A stretch of 49,348 nucleotides of DNA from a virus (taxonomy: Duplodnaviria > Heunggongvirae > Uroviricota > Caudoviricetes), in IMG/VR virus record IMGVR_UViG_3300005831_000057. One strand, given 5' to 3'. Positions 48,546-49,348 of the stretch are shown piece by piece (position 1 is the first letter of the stretch; each line of letters starts with the position of its first letter). The notes beneath the pieces are model-generated. The model had not been told where the DNA came from. It worked only from the letters and a program-made list of their open reading frames with translations, and did not search any database. The position numbers and the translations under genes are program-made.

Positions 48546-49348
48546 AAACACTACATGCCTCCATATCACGAAAGCGATATGCTATGTGCCTAACATAGAT
48601 AACAACTATATAAGTTAAAGCTCTGGGAAGAGTAAGACTTAGGAAAGACTTATAATATTATAATTCCATATAATAAATAAATTAATAAAATATGATAAGA
48701 GAAGATTACAATAAAGTACTTGAAGAATTTGGACTAATTCCTATAACAAATTGTACTAGCACGTCATGCAAAACTGCGTGCATAAATAAAAATGGACTTA
48801 CCGTAATTGCATGTATTGACAAAGTTAGAAATTCAAACAAAACTCCAAAAGAAATACATGTATGCAATCCATATACTATTGATAACATAAATAAGCTTAT
48901 ATTGCGAAACATATCTGATGAATATAAATGCGTATCAGATACGTACACAGACAATAAAACACTTTTAGATATATTACATATTAAATGTGGGACTTTATTT
49001 AAAATATCTTGGACTAATATTCAAAAAAGAGTAAGCAGAAATGGTTGTGGAGAATTGATATCATGTAATAAGTGTAACACAAAAAGAACAGAGTCAATGC
49101 ACGCATTGGTTTTAAAACAAGTAATGTTAAAGGAATTATGTGGTACTGTGGTAGAAGATACATCTTGTATTAACCCTTTGACTGGGAAATGCCTTCCTAC
49201 GGATATAGTTAATCATAATTTAAAAATATCAATAGAAATACAAAGCTGGTTTCATGAAAGACCAGAGCAAAAGATAAAAGATGTTATAAAGAAAGATTAT
49301 TGGATAAATAACGGATACGAGTTTATAGAGATAGACCATAGAGATGTA
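48546..49348 (+). mobile_element. Group I intron 2 in the tape measure gene (5' part; runs off window)
   Basis: P1 GAGGU/GCCUC and a P2 hairpin as in intron 1; tape-measure similarity stops at GGT 48545; a nuclease ORF follows. The 3' core is not visible. Confidence 0.75.
48692..49348 (+). CDS. Intron-encoded Vsr/DUF559-like homing endonuclease (partial)
   Basis: Manually translated, open to the window end: H..CG..F...W...C.KC...IEIQSWFH...KD..KKDYW..NGY.FIEIDHR. Confidence 0.75.
   Translation, partial: MIREDYNKVLEEFGLIPITNCTSTSCKTACINKNGLTVIACIDKVRNSNKTPKEIHVCNPYTIDNINKLILRNISDEYKCVSDTYTDNKTLLDILHIKCGTLFKISWTNIQKRVSRNGCGELISCNKCNTKRTESMHALVLKQVMLKELCGTVVEDTSCINPLTGKCLPTDIVNHNLKISIEIQSWFHERPEQKIKDVIKKDYWINNGYEFIEIDHRDV

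Noticed and set aside
7324-48954. Many minus-strand ORFs of 60-160 aa over the rightward genes
   Set aside because: All are antisense to well-supported CDSs and lack RBS or recognisable motifs.

Overview
The whole window is one AT-rich phage segment with no host genes. Its gene order matches SPbeta-like large siphoviruses of Firmicutes, and the host is probably a spore-forming clostridium or bacillus. Layout: (1) 1-612, two small leftward early genes. (2) About 613-5750, a ~5 kb essentially non-coding control region with divergent sigma-A promoters, two parS sites, LexA boxes, a dispersed inverted-repeat family and a CTAG-rich array. (3) 5753-14750, a rightward early block with eight paralogous small genes, an orphan amino-methyltransferase, a dUTPase lacking catalytic residues and a YonO-like single-subunit RNA polymerase. 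(4) 15079-15514, three copies of an unnamed structured RNA motif followed by tRNA-Asn and tRNA-Thr. (5) 15562-49348, the late/morphogenesis region. It contains a Tad2/DUF2829-like protein, two GT2 glycosyltransferases, a terminase split by a group I intron, portal, scaffold/protease, capsid and tail genes, and a duplicated fibre-LamG-GH5 glycoside hydrolase module. It ends in a tape measure gene split by two group I introns, each carrying a homing endonuclease. The most unusual items are the duplicated fibre-LamG-GH5 module together with the two glycosyltransferases, the CAGCAA RNA motif, the parS/LexA control region and the tape-measure introns. All protein family calls come from recognising motifs by eye; no database search was run.
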